Source: Prochlorococcus sp. AG-347-K16
GTDB lineage: Bacteria; Cyanobacteriota; Cyanobacteriia; PCC-6307; Cyanobiaceae
Assembly (NCBI GenBank): GCA_003281405.1
Contig: QCCD01000001.1
Location: forward strand, 68,866-132,865
Reading direction: 5' to 3'
DNA length: 64,000 nt
Shown: positions 50,022 through 60,519 of the stretch, in pieces
Numbering within the stretch: the stretch's first letter is position 1
Layout of the letters: every line of letters starts with the position of its first letter
Notes under the pieces: generated by a model
Database searches by the model: none
Seen by the model: the letters and a program-made list of their open reading frames with translations, nothing else
Told to the model about the DNA's origin: nothing
Made by a program: the position numbers and the translations under genes

Positions 50022-50663
50022 ATGTTAATTCCAATTAATTCAAGTCAAATTTCAAAACTTATTCCTGCAGTTGGTACAGGAAGTCAATTTAAGTACGCGT
50101 TGGGGAATCCGAGAAAAATTCTTCAAAGAGTAATAGTTTCATCAATTGGTGGATTTATCTCATTAATTATTAGTTCGACTGGAGATCAAACTAATAATTT
50201 CTGGTTATTCCTATGTGTAGGTTTCTTTTTGTATATCATTTGGGGGCCAATTCTTGAATCAAGTAGAAAAAATTTGCGATTAAGAAAATATAAATTTTTT
50301 TCTATATTTGATGGCTATATATCAGATATCTATAAAACAGAAAAGATTGAAAGTTCAAGAGAACAATCTAATAGGCAAGGACGATTAGAAGTTATTGAAA
50401 ACAAAAGGACTTGGTTAGTACTTGAATTAGAAGATGAAGATGGTTATTTGGAAAAATTAAGTTTTCCTATGGAAAATAAGCACAGTCAAATTAGGGTGGG
50501 TTCGAGTATTAGATGTTTAATAACATCTGATAACCGTAATTATGACAGAGATTTTTATTTGACCGATGCTTGGCTTCCTGAAATTAACTTATGGGTTGGT
50601 GAGTACCCCTATTTATTAAGACCAGCATTTGAGGAAATTTGCTATATTTATTTGAATGAATAG
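50022..50663 (+). CDS. Conserved cyanobacterial membrane protein
   Basis: 213 aa; WGPILESSR, VGEYPYLLRP. Confidence 0.85.
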   Translation: MLIPINSSQISKLIPAVGTGSQFKYALGNPRKILQRVIVSSIGGFISLIISSTGDQTNNFWLFLCVGFFLYIIWGPILESSRKNLRLRKYKFFSIFDGYISDIYKTEKIESSREQSNRQGRLEVIENKRTWLVLELEDEDGYLEKLSFPMENKHSQIRVGSSIRCLITSDNRNYDRDFYLTDAWLPEINLWVGEYPYLLRPAFEEICYIYLNE

Positions 50664-50679
50664 TTGATGCTTATAAAAT

Positions 50680-51837
50680 TTGATGAAAAATAAATTCAAT
50701 TTTAAAATTGTTGGATCAGGTCCCACAGGCTTATTACTTTCAATCGCACTTTCAAAATTTGATTGCAATATTTTTTTAACTGATTTATTAACAAAAGATA
50801 GATTAATTGATAAAGATAAAACTTATGCAATTACTCACTCAACAAGAAAAATCTTATCTAAATTCAGACTTTGGGAAAAATTAGAACCATTTTTGTTTGG
50901 CTTTGATACCCTTTCAATTTTAGATAGCGTAACTTCTGCTTTCACCAATTTATCAACTTCTGACTTAGATGATGATATAAGTTCGGCCAAAAATATTGGC
51001 TGGGTTGTTAAACATTCGGATCTCATGAACGTTTTTTTTCAAGAGATTGACAATTATGAAAATATTTTTTTTATGACTCCACAGAGATTGTTACGTAAAA
51101 AAATATTATTTGATTATCAATTCTTTTCAACAGGAGCAAACTCACTTGATAAAAAATTCATAGATTTTTTTGAAATAAAAAAATCTTATAGTCAGTCTTG
51201 TTTAACTTTTAAAGTTTCTCTTAGAGGTCATTGTGAAAAACAAGCTTATGAAATTTTTAGAAAAGAAGGCCCACTTGCATTATTACCTTTAGAAAAAAAT
51301 TTATATCAAGTAATTTGGACTTCCAGTACATTAAAGGCAATTGAAAGGTTGAATTCTGACAAGAATTTTTTAATGGATAATTTATCAACAATCTTGCCTA
51401 ATGAATTTAAGTTGGACCAAATAATTGGCGAATTTAATATTTTTCCTGTTTCATTATCCTTAAATTTACCAGTTTTAAATTTTAAAAAATTAGTTTTTGT
51501 AGGAGATGCATTTCACACATTTCATCCTGTTGGAGGTCAGGGTCTAAATACTTGCTGGAGAGATGTTAATACTATTTATGATCTTTTTAATAAAAATACT
51601 TCTATTAGTAAATTGCAATTGATATTATTTAAATTTAAGTATTTTTCAAGCAGAATTTTAGATATTATTGTCACTATTTTTATAACTGACTCGTTGATAT
51701 CAATTTTTGCTAATCGAAATGTTTTTTTATTTCCAATAAGGAAATTTTCATTTTTACTTTTAAATAAATTTTTTTTTATAAGAAAATTAGTCCTTAATCA
51801 AATGACTAAATCTCTCATTTACTCTAGTATTAAATAG
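50680..51837 (+). CDS. FAD-dependent monooxygenase, UbiH/COQ6 family
   Basis: IVGSGPTG, GPLALLP, GDAFHTFHPVGGQGLN. Confidence 0.9.
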   Translation: MMKNKFNFKIVGSGPTGLLLSIALSKFDCNIFLTDLLTKDRLIDKDKTYAITHSTRKILSKFRLWEKLEPFLFGFDTLSILDSVTSAFTNLSTSDLDDDISSAKNIGWVVKHSDLMNVFFQEIDNYENIFFMTPQRLLRKKILFDYQFFSTGANSLDKKFIDFFEIKKSYSQSCLTFKVSLRGHCEKQAYEIFRKEGPLALLPLEKNLYQVIWTSSTLKAIERLNSDKNFLMDNLSTILPNEFKLDQIIGEFNIFPVSLSLNLPVLNFKKLVFVGDAFHTFHPVGGQGLNTCWRDVNTIYDLFNKNTSISKLQLILFKFKYFSSRILDIIVTIFITDSLISIFANRNVFLFPIRKFSFLLLNKFFFIRKLVLNQMTKSLIYSSIK

Positions 51838-51842
51838 AATTC

Positions 51843-52040
51843 ATGAATAATTATTTTTCTAAAGAAATGATAATTTATTTATTTAATGTTTTGGGTTTAG
51901 ATGAATCTACTATTGAACTTGGTATAAAATTATCTATAGAAAATAACACTCCATTACCAATATTATTATGGAGTTATGGAATGCTAACTATTGAAGAACT
52001 AGATAAGTTATATTCATTTTTATTTCAAAGAATGGATTAA
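51843..52040 (+). CDS. DUF2949 family protein
   Basis: PLPILLWSYGMLTIEELDKL. Confidence 0.85.
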   Translation: MNNYFSKEMIIYLFNVLGLDESTIELGIKLSIENNTPLPILLWSYGMLTIEELDKLYSFLFQRMD

Positions 52041-52070
52041 TAATTCTGTTATAATTACTTTATATCTTAA

Positions 52071-52604
52071 TCGAGAACAATTACAGTTTTAACTAAGGGA
52101 AATCAGATATCAAGACAATCTGTAGAGAAGCTTGATTTATTATTATTAATCTTAGAAACTATTGATTTAAATGGTATTCAATCCCTTTACGCTTTATCAA
52201 ATAGACTTGATTTAAATGATGTTCTGCCAAATAAAATTACTATTTGGAAATTAAGAAATAATAATCCATTGAGAAAATCTTATGTTAATAACAATATTAA
52301 AGTAAAAGAATTCGATGCCTTAATTAAAATCACCGTTGAAATGTCTAAATATTTATATCCTTATATCAGAGAAATACTGAAATCTAAAGAAGATATTAAT
52401 GAGAATTCAGTTATTTGGAATGATTTTAATAAGAGATTTATTGAGTTGATTAAAGAGAGATTTAATGTAGAAAGTATGAGAGTGAAAAAGCTTTTAAATC
52501 AAGCTGAAAATGGTGAAATTATAATAAAATCTTTGCTTATTTTATCTTTTTGTATTTCAAATCAGGGTTTCCAAAAGTTGAAGAATTTTTTATACGATTT
52601 TTAA
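52071..52604 (+). CDS. DUF3038 family protein (open frame from 52071; first canonical start only at 52269)
   Basis: Stop-free upstream frame encodes EKLDLLLLILETIDLNG...NKITIWKLRNNNPLRKS. Confidence 0.7.
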   Translation, partial: SRTITVLTKGNQISRQSVEKLDLLLLILETIDLNGIQSLYALSNRLDLNDVLPNKITIWKLRNNNPLRKSYVNNNIKVKEFDALIKITVEMSKYLYPYIREILKSKEDINENSVIWNDFNKRFIELIKERFNVESMRVKKLLNQAENGEIIIKSLLILSFCISNQGFQKLKNFLYDF

Positions 52605-52605
52605 T

Positions 52606-53196
52606 ATGATGCAAAATAAATTGTCATTTCATCAATCTTCAGTAAGTCTCGAAATAATCGGATTGCCAGATTATTCCAATAATGAAAATAAAGATCAAAT
52701 ATCTATAATTTCTCAATGGAAATTAACCATAGTTGATAAACCACTTATTGAAGGCAAAATTGAACATTTAGGGCCTATTATGGATGCTTTTTATATTTAT
52801 TCAAATCTTTTAGTCAAAAACGAAATTCCAATATATGAGTCTAAATTAATCGATATAAAAGCCGATAATCTCCACATACATAATATAGTTCTCAAGAGCT
52901 CTAAAGCAAATGTAAAGCCTTTAGTTCTAAAGATTGGTAACTCATTACTTTCAGATACCATAAATTGTTTTGATCAGTTAAATGAATCTCCAAAAGTAAG
53001 AATTAAAAAAACTTATATATCTACTAACATTTCTAAAAAATTAAGATTTGGGTTAAATAAAAAAGAAAAATTTTTTAATTACTTTATTACACCTTTTATT
53101 GCAATTTGTTCTTTAATTCTATTCTCTTATTCTTTTACTTATTTTTATAGCCCTTTTGAAAATAGGGAACAAAAAGAACTAATAAACCCTGAATAA
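52606..53196 (+). CDS. DUF4335-like protein
   Basis: HQSSVSLEIIGLPDYS...SQWKL...SDTINCFDQ. Confidence 0.75.
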   Translation: MMQNKLSFHQSSVSLEIIGLPDYSNNENKDQISIISQWKLTIVDKPLIEGKIEHLGPIMDAFYIYSNLLVKNEIPIYESKLIDIKADNLHIHNIVLKSSKANVKPLVLKIGNSLLSDTINCFDQLNESPKVRIKKTYISTNISKKLRFGLNKKEKFFNYFITPFIAICSLILFSYSFTYFYSPFENREQKELINPE

Positions 53197-53284
53197 AGAG
53201 CAATTAGCATCTTAAATACAAACACGATACTATAGGTTAATTTCTTTTAATAGTAATTCAAATTTATTCTTCGAGCTTTGAAGT

Positions 53285-53653
53285 ATGGCAGATTTAAACA
53301 TCCCAAATTTGAATATTAAAACTGATAAATATATTTTTAAAAAAAACTTAAATTTAAGAAGAAAATCTAAAAGAAGACTATTTACTGAATCTTTCTTTTT
53401 GTTTATTTTTAGTGCTTTATTAGTTTATATAAATTATTTAATTCCTAATAAAAATTTACTGTTACTAAATCTTCCCTCGACATTTAATAAAACTTTTTTA
53501 TTATTAATTGAACTCTTTTCATATTTGTATGAGATATTTTTGGTGATTTTTATTTTTGTATCTTATTTTACTGCTCTTATTTTAGTGGTAGGTTCAATTA
53601 ATAGGTTATTCAGAGTCTTTAAGATAAAGTCAAAACAAATTGTTTATAAATAA
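53285..53653 (+). CDS. Hypothetical membrane protein
   Basis: 122 aa, two TM segments. Confidence 0.75.
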   Translation: MADLNIPNLNIKTDKYIFKKNLNLRRKSKRRLFTESFFLFIFSALLVYINYLIPNKNLLLLNLPSTFNKTFLLLIELFSYLYEIFLVIFIFVSYFTALILVVGSINRLFRVFKIKSKQIVYK

Positions 53654-53655
53654 TT

Positions 53656-53817
53656 TCAAATAGGTTGCATTAGGCCACCACTTCCTGAATCAGAGTCATC
53701 ATCATCATTTTCTGTTTCTTCCCCAAATAATGCAAATATGCCTAGTACTATTGATGAAAGAATAATTGATAAGGGTAAAATCGAAGTTTGTATTCCGACG
53801 TCTATATATTCACCCAT
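53656..53817 (-). CDS. Small membrane protein with acidic tail, 53 aa
   Basis: Read by hand: MGEYIDVGIQTSILPLSIILSSIVLGIFALFGEETENDDDDSDSGSGGLMQPI*. Confidence 0.75.
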   Translation of the reverse strand: MGEYIDVGIQTSILPLSIILSSIVLGIFALFGEETENDDDDSDSGSGGLMQPI

Positions 53818-53889
53818 AAAATAAATAAATTTTTATAAACCTAACCGAAATCAAACTGTTTCGCGGATTTTAAATAATTATTTAATAAT

Positions 53890-56800
53890 TTATTCTCTTT
53901 TAATAAGTTCTTTATCAAAATTCTTTATTTCTCTTTCAAAACATCCGAACCACAAAATAAGTTGATCAATTTGATTCTGAATTTCAGTTGCACCTAATCC
54001 CCTTATAGTAATTATTGAAAATTGTTCGCCTTCCTCAAAATTAAATTTATTTTGAACACTACTTGCCAAAGAATTTTTAAGCATTTTAAAAGTAGGATTT
54101 TTTAATTTTGTCTCTATCAAGATGTTTGGCTTTTTGAGCTTGATCTTATTAAAACCACATTTTTTAGCGAGCAATTTTAGTCTCATTATCATAATTAGGG
54201 ACTCAACAGGTTTGGGTAAGTTTCCATATCTATTTACCCAGTCTGTAGCTAATTCAGTTAATTCATCATTATTTGAACATTCAGTAGCAGATTTGTAAGC
54301 TTCAAGCTTCTCTTCTCTGTTTAATATCCATGTTGCAGGTATAAATGCATTTATTGGTAGATCAATTTGAGTATCGTTAACTTCAGGTATTTCTTGCCCG
54401 CTAATTTCTGAAATTGCCTCATGGAGCATTTCTATATATAAATCATATCCAATAGCATTAACCTTTCCACTTTGTTCTTCTCCTAGTAAAGTACCAACAC
54501 CTCTTATTTCCATATCTTTCATTGCAAGTTGGTATCCACTACCTAGTTCTGAAAAGTCTTTTATCGCTTTCAATCTTTGTTTTGCAGCGTCATTAATTTT
54601 ATTTATATTTGGATAAAATAACCAAGCATGTGCTTGTACACCGCTTCTACCAACTCTTCCTCTAAGTTGATAAAGTTGTGAAAGGCCAAATTTGTGAGAA
54701 TCTTCAATAATGATTGTATTTACTTTAGGGATATCTAATCCACTTTCAATTATCGTTGTGCATATCATTAGATCTACTTCTCCATTATTAAAAGCAATCA
54801 TTGCATTTTCAAGCTCTGTTTCGTTCATTTGCCCATGAGCAACAATAAATTTTAAGCTGGGAAACATATTTTTTAATTTGTTTACAGCTTGATCTATATC
54901 AGAAATTCTTGGAAGAACATAAAAAATTTGACCTCCTCTATCAAGTTCTTGATTAATTGCAGTTCTTATAACATCCATATCTATTTCAGATAAATATGTT
55001 TTTATTGATCTTCTTGATGGTGGAGGAGTATTTAGTAAGCTCATTTGTCTTAGTCCAGATAAGCTCATATAAAGAGTTCTTGGAATTGGAGTTGCCGAGA
55101 GAGTTAAAACGTCTACGTTGGTTTTGATTTTTTTTATTTTTTCCTTTTGCCTTACTCCAAATCTTTGTTCTTCATCAATAACTAATAGTCCTAAGTTTTT
55201 GATTTCAATTTCTTTTCCTAAAATTTGGTGAGTTGCTACAACTAAATCAATTTTGTTATTTTTCAAACCTACATAGATTTCCTTTCTTTCATTAACGGTT
55301 TTGAATCTATTGAGTAATGATACTTTTATTGGGTAAGGTGAAAATCTATTACTTATTGTTCTCCAATGTTGTTGAGCTAGGATTGTTGTGGGTGCCAGTA
55401 ATATTACCTGTTTGCCTGATGTAATAGCCTTAAAAATAGCCCGAACAGCTACTTCTGTTTTGCCAAATCCTACATCTCCACAAACTAGCCTGTCCATTGG
55501 CTTATCGCTTTCCATATCTGATTTTATTTCTTCTACAGCAGTAATTTGGTCAGGTGTTGGTTGATAAGGGAACGATTCCTCTAATTCATCTTGCCAAGGA
55601 CCATCTTCTGGGTAAATGTAACCATTTAATTTTTCTCTCTTTGCATAAAGTTTTAAAATATCGACAGCAACTTTTTTGATCTGTTTCTTATTTTTTTCTT
55701 TTACTTTTTCCCATTCTGTCCCTCCTAATTTATTTATTCTCGGCTTTATTTTTCCGCTTGATCTATATCTGTTAACACTACCAAGTTGATCAGCGGCAAC
55801 ACTTATCTTCCCATCTTGATACTGAATGACTAAATAATCTCTTGAATCTCCAGTTATATTTATTTTTTCTATTTTTAAAAATTTTCCTATTCCATGATTT
55901 TTATGAACTATATAATCACCGGGAATAATCTTATTTACATTTATATTTGAATTGACACTTCTTTTTTTTCTTCTTATGAATACATTATTAAAAAGCGATT
56001 GTTGTGAAAATAATTCTTTATCTGTTATTAGGACAACTTTCCATATCGGAAGATAAAACCCCTCGATTTCATAATTGTTCTTATTTTTTAAGATTAAAGG
56101 AGTTGAATTATTAATTGACTTAAGTGCTTCATCAATATCATTAGGATTGTTTAAGAAATTTGTATTACATTCGTGCTCAAAAAGTAAAGTCCTAGTTCTC
56201 AATGGCTGTGCTGATAATATCCATACTTTTTCATTATCTTTTATATTTTTATTTATATCATTGGATAATTTTCCTATATTTTTAGAGTATGAATTTAATC
56301 TTTTATCGTTTAACAAAAACCTATTATCAATATTGACTTTAGATTCAAATTCATAAAATTTTATTAAATTAAAATTTCCTAGTGAATTTAAAATTTCCTC
56401 AAACTTTAAATGCAAATTAGGTTTGGCTTCTAAATTTATGTAATTATTTTTAAGGTTCTCATTTAATACATACGCAAAATTCTCAAAATTACTTTCTGAA
56501 TCTAGATACCAATTATTTGCAAATTTTTTACAATCTTCTAATTCATCAATTACAAGAATTGTATCCCTATTAATAAAATCTATTATATTCGAAGGTTCTT
56601 CTTCAATTATTCCTAAATAACGATCAAGATTATTTTTATTTATATCTTCTGAATTAAAAATACTGTTCTTAGATAAATTATTTAACTTATCTTTTATTAG
56701 AAAATCAAATCCAGCCTGTATTATTTCAATATTATTGATACTTTCTAATGTTTTCTGTGTTTGGGGATCATATTCTCTTATTTTCTCAATTACATTATCA

Positions 56801-57399
56801 AAAAATTCTAATCTTATAGGAAACTCATTATTTACAGGATAAATATCTATTATTTCACCTCTCCTACTCCAGAATCCTTCTGTTGAAGTCACATTTTCCT
56901 TTGTATAACCCAGCAAAGTAAGTTTATTTGCTAAATCTTGAATCTCGATTTGAACCCCTTTTTGCAAATCTAACTTGTTTTCAATAAATAATTTTTTATT
57001 TATTAGATGAGGTTGTAGTGATCTCTCCGTTGATATAACAATATTAAGTTCCTTTTTCTCTTTTTTTATTAATCTGGATAATACAGTAAGCTGACTAAAT
57101 TCAATCTCTTTGGATTTATTAATTGATGAGTATGGTAGATGTTCTGTTGGAGGATAATATAAAACTGCTTTATTATTTATACTTTCAAAATAACCAATCC
57201 ATTTGTAGGCAATTTCTACATTAGGACAAATTAATAATATATTTTTCTCCTCTTTTTTTGCGATGCTATCTAAAATTATTGATTTAGCATATCTACTTGA
57301 ACCAACTATATTTAATTCATTATTTTTTGAAATTCTTTTTATTAATTCAGAAGTAATTTGTGAGTTAGAAATATAATCAACTAAAGTATTTAAACTCAT
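53890..57399 (-). CDS. mfd: Transcription-repair coupling factor
   Basis: 1169 aa; CGDVGFGKTE, DEEQRFG, SATPIPRT, QLRGRVGR. Confidence 0.98.
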   Translation of the reverse strand: MSLNTLVDYISNSQITSELIKRISKNNELNIVGSSRYAKSIILDSIAKKEEKNILLICPNVEIAYKWIGYFESINNKAVLYYPPTEHLPYSSINKSKEIEFSQLTVLSRLIKKEKKELNIVISTERSLQPHLINKKLFIENKLDLQKGVQIEIQDLANKLTLLGYTKENVTSTEGFWSRRGEIIDIYPVNNEFPIRLEFFDNVIEKIREYDPQTQKTLESINNIEIIQAGFDFLIKDKLNNLSKNSIFNSEDINKNNLDRYLGIIEEEPSNIIDFINRDTILVIDELEDCKKFANNWYLDSESNFENFAYVLNENLKNNYINLEAKPNLHLKFEEILNSLGNFNLIKFYEFESKVNIDNRFLLNDKRLNSYSKNIGKLSNDINKNIKDNEKVWILSAQPLRTRTLLFEHECNTNFLNNPNDIDEALKSINNSTPLILKNKNNYEIEGFYLPIWKVVLITDKELFSQQSLFNNVFIRRKKRSVNSNINVNKIIPGDYIVHKNHGIGKFLKIEKINITGDSRDYLVIQYQDGKISVAADQLGSVNRYRSSGKIKPRINKLGGTEWEKVKEKNKKQIKKVAVDILKLYAKREKLNGYIYPEDGPWQDELEESFPYQPTPDQITAVEEIKSDMESDKPMDRLVCGDVGFGKTEVAVRAIFKAITSGKQVILLAPTTILAQQHWRTISNRFSPYPIKVSLLNRFKTVNERKEIYVGLKNNKIDLVVATHQILGKEIEIKNLGLLVIDEEQRFGVRQKEKIKKIKTNVDVLTLSATPIPRTLYMSLSGLRQMSLLNTPPPSRRSIKTYLSEIDMDVIRTAINQELDRGGQIFYVLPRISDIDQAVNKLKNMFPSLKFIVAHGQMNETELENAMIAFNNGEVDLMICTTIIESGLDIPKVNTIIIEDSHKFGLSQLYQLRGRVGRSGVQAHAWLFYPNINKINDAAKQRLKAIKDFSELGSGYQLAMKDMEIRGVGTLLGEEQSGKVNAIGYDLYIEMLHEAISEISGQEIPEVNDTQIDLPINAFIPATWILNREEKLEAYKSATECSNNDELTELATDWVNRYGNLPKPVESLIMIMRLKLLAKKCGFNKIKLKKPNILIETKLKNPTFKMLKNSLASSVQNKFNFEEGEQFSIITIRGLGATEIQNQIDQLILWFGCFEREIKNFDKELIKRE

Positions 57400-57470
57400 T
57401 TATAGTTATCAATCTTGATTACAAATATCCGATACATTATATTAGATTTTATACTTATTGTGAATAATAT

Positions 57471-58184
57471 TTGATGGATTCAGCCGCAATAAATTCTTTT
57501 ATACCCACACTAGATCAGGTAGACAGTTGGTATGAAATCTTTACGCTTTTACCAATATTAATAACTCTAGAATTATTATTATCTGCAGATAATGCTGTCG
57601 CATTAGCTTCTCTTACTAAATCTCTCGAAAGTTCAGAATTAAGGTCAAGAGCCTTAAATATTGGTATAGCAATATCTTTATTATTTAGAATTATTCTCAT
57701 CATATTATCTAATGTTCTTTTAAAGTTTATTCTTATTAGGGTTTTTGCTGGTTTTTATTTAATATACTTATTCTTTTCTAATGTTTTTTTAAATTCAGAT
57801 ATAGAAAACGCTGAAAATGCGACAGATGATAATAAAAATAATTTTAAGTTCTTAAGGGTTGTAGCGCTTCTTTCAATTACTGATTTTGCTTTTTCCATAG
57901 ACAGTATCACTACTGCAGTAGCTATTAGCGATCAATATATATTAATAATATTTGGAGCACTGATTGGAGTATTAGCCTTAAGATTTACATCGGGGATTTT
58001 TCTAAAACTTCTTGATATATTTTCTAGATTAGAAACAGCCGGTTACGTAGCAATTTTAATAGTTGGGATTAAACTTTTATTAAATACGTTAATTAAAGAA
58101 TCCATTCTTCCAGACTATTATTTTTATTTTTTAATTCTTTTTGCCTTCATTTGGGGATTCTCAAAAAAAGAATCTAAAACTTAA
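57471..58184 (+). CDS. TerC family membrane protein
   Basis: LELLLSADNAV, DFAFSIDSITTAVA. Confidence 0.92.
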   Translation: MMDSAAINSFIPTLDQVDSWYEIFTLLPILITLELLLSADNAVALASLTKSLESSELRSRALNIGIAISLLFRIILIILSNVLLKFILIRVFAGFYLIYLFFSNVFLNSDIENAENATDDNKNNFKFLRVVALLSITDFAFSIDSITTAVAISDQYILIIFGALIGVLALRFTSGIFLKLLDIFSRLETAGYVAILIVGIKLLLNTLIKESILPDYYFYFLILFAFIWGFSKKESKT

Positions 58185-59167
58185 TCAGACAGATATTCAC
58201 CTACTGATGGCTTTAACTGTTGTATCAATTGCTTTTTGCTAGAAATGTTTTTCCCTTCAAGTTTTGCCTCTAATAAAATAATCGGATCAGTTTTAGTTGA
58301 AATTATTATTCCTTCATTTTCTATTACAGCAAGAATAATACCTGGTCTTGAATAATTGCTAGCGAAAAGGGTTTTTTTATTTTTAATTTCATTACTACTC
58401 AAAACTTTGATTTTAAGTATTTTTAGGTTCTTACCTCTAAAAGTTGTATTTGCTCGTGGGTATAATCCTTTTATTTTTTGAGAAATTTTAATTGCCTCAT
58501 TACCCCAATCAACTCTAAAGTCAGATTTTTCAATCATTCTTGCGTAAGTAATTTCTCTTCTAAGAGTATTTTGTTTTGTTAATTGAGAATTAGTATTTTT
58601 ATAAATATTTTCTTCGAGAAGTGATGTTGCATTTAAAAATAATTTTGCAGATAAAATACTAAGTTTTTCCGATAGTGTATTTAAATTATCGTCATTACTA
58701 ATTTTAATTTTTTCTTCCAATAATAAGTCGCCAGTATCTAGTCCCTCATTCATTTTCATAATTCCTACACCAGTAAATTCATCGCCTTCTATTAGGGACC
58801 ATTGGATTGGGGCTGCACCACGCCATCTTGGCAGTAATGAAGCATGCGCGTTCCAACAACCAAATTTTGGGATTTCCAATATCTCTTTGGGTAATATTTT
58901 CCCGTAAGCTATAACAATAAATAAATCACAAGATAGTGATTTAAGTTCATTTATAAAATGTATATTGTCCCTGATTTTTGCTGGAGTATAAACTTTTATA
59001 GATTCTTGCTCGGCAAAGCTTTTAACAGGTGAGGATATTAATTTATTTCCCCTAGATCTTTTCTTATCGGGTTGGCTAACTACTCCAATTAACTCGTGCT
59101 TAGATTTAATAAAAATATCAAGGCTCGCAATTGAATATTCAGGTGTTCCCCAGAATATAATTCTCAC
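58181..59167 (-). CDS. fmt: Methionyl-tRNA formyltransferase
   Basis: FWGTPEY, NAHASLLPRWRGAAPIQ, GLDTGD. Confidence 0.97.
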   Translation of the reverse strand: MRIIFWGTPEYSIASLDIFIKSKHELIGVVSQPDKKRSRGNKLISSPVKSFAEQESIKVYTPAKIRDNIHFINELKSLSCDLFIVIAYGKILPKEILEIPKFGCWNAHASLLPRWRGAAPIQWSLIEGDEFTGVGIMKMNEGLDTGDLLLEEKIKISNDDNLNTLSEKLSILSAKLFLNATSLLEENIYKNTNSQLTKQNTLRREITYARMIEKSDFRVDWGNEAIKISQKIKGLYPRANTTFRGKNLKILKIKVLSSNEIKNKKTLFASNYSRPGIILAVIENEGIIISTKTDPIILLEAKLEGKNISSKKQLIQQLKPSVGEYLSD

Positions 59168-60516
59168 GCGTCACCAGTTATTGATAATTCATCTACCCAT
59201 ATATGTGGAGAAATTCCACTTGTTGTTACTTCTTGGTTTGATTCAATATTTACTATATTTTTCAAAAGATATTTGATATCCCCTGCTACAGTTGCAGATT
59301 CTATTGAGATTTTTTTGCCGTTTTTATAGAGCCATCCATCAAATGGAAGAGAGAATGAACCCTGACTTGCTCTAACACCCGCATGGATTGCATTTAATTC
59401 TTCAATATAAACAAATTCTCCATTATAAGTAGAGTGATCCAATGATACTTTTAGATCTGAGAATTCCTCTGATTTCTCAACGACTATCCAATCAGGAGAT
59501 ACTGAGACTTTTGATCCTAGCCCTGCGTGGCCTGTGGGGATTGTTTTAAATATTCTTGCAGTTGATTCAGAATGTATAAAATTTTCAAGTCTCCCTTTGT
59601 TAATTAAACATAGTCTTTTGGTAGGAGTTCCCTCTCCATCAAATGGTGATGAAGAAATATTCTTTTCGTGAAGTCCATCATCATAAATATTAAGTGCTTC
59701 TGTAGATAGCTTCTCTCCAATAGAATTTTTATTAGATAAGCTAATTCCATCTAAAATGCTTCTAGCATTAAACATAGAACTAAAGGCATTAATGATCGTT
59801 AAAAAAGATTCTGGAGAAAAACATATTAAATATTTACCAGTTTTAATAGATGAATAATTTAAATGAGAAATTGTTTTATTAGAAGCGTCTTTAATACACG
59901 ACTCTATATCTATATCATCAACTCCATAGCCAAGTTTTACAGAACCTGAGCTACGAGGTTTCTTATCTCTCTCTTCTGCTCTTGCATATAAATAAAGTGC
60001 AGCCTGACTTTTGGTATAACTCCGAAAGGCACCATCACTATTTGCATAAACTCTCTCATAAAAACTCTCAGATAAACCATTATACGGAACAGATTTTATA
60101 GATTCATGGCTTTCTAATAATTTTACTTCTGCTTCTCTTAAAAGTGTAAGTAATTTTTTTATTCCAACAGGATTTCTTTTTTTTGAGTCCTTAACTTCAA
60201 TAGGATCCTTGGCTAGTGGTGAGAATTCTGTTCTTTCATTCTTGTTACCAAAATCAGATGCAATATTTGCTTGATTTAGAGCTTTTTTAATACCAGATTC
60301 ACTGATGTCACTAGTTGTTGTAATACCAACTAAATTAGATTCGTTCCAAACTCTTATAGTTAAAATTTGCTTTTGTGATGCCTTAAGTTGTTTAGCCTCA
60401 CCTTTATCTACTTGTACAGAATAATCATTAGAAAAGCTTGCACCATAATCCCATTTTTTAAGATTTAGAGAATCTGCTGCCTCACAGATTTGAGTTGTTA
60501 TTTCTCTTGAGTTCAT
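59164..60516 (-). CDS. pmbA: TldE/PmbA family metalloprotease subunit
   Basis: SPFDGEGTPT; lacks HExxH; paired with tldD. Confidence 0.92.
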   Translation of the reverse strand: MNSREITTQICEAADSLNLKKWDYGASFSNDYSVQVDKGEAKQLKASQKQILTIRVWNESNLVGITTTSDISESGIKKALNQANIASDFGNKNERTEFSPLAKDPIEVKDSKKRNPVGIKKLLTLLREAEVKLLESHESIKSVPYNGLSESFYERVYANSDGAFRSYTKSQAALYLYARAEERDKKPRSSGSVKLGYGVDDIDIESCIKDASNKTISHLNYSSIKTGKYLICFSPESFLTIINAFSSMFNARSILDGISLSNKNSIGEKLSTEALNIYDDGLHEKNISSSPFDGEGTPTKRLCLINKGRLENFIHSESTARIFKTIPTGHAGLGSKVSVSPDWIVVEKSEEFSDLKVSLDHSTYNGEFVYIEELNAIHAGVRASQGSFSLPFDGWLYKNGKKISIESATVAGDIKYLLKNIVNIESNQEVTTSGISPHIWVDELSITGDA

Positions 60517-60519
60517 ATT

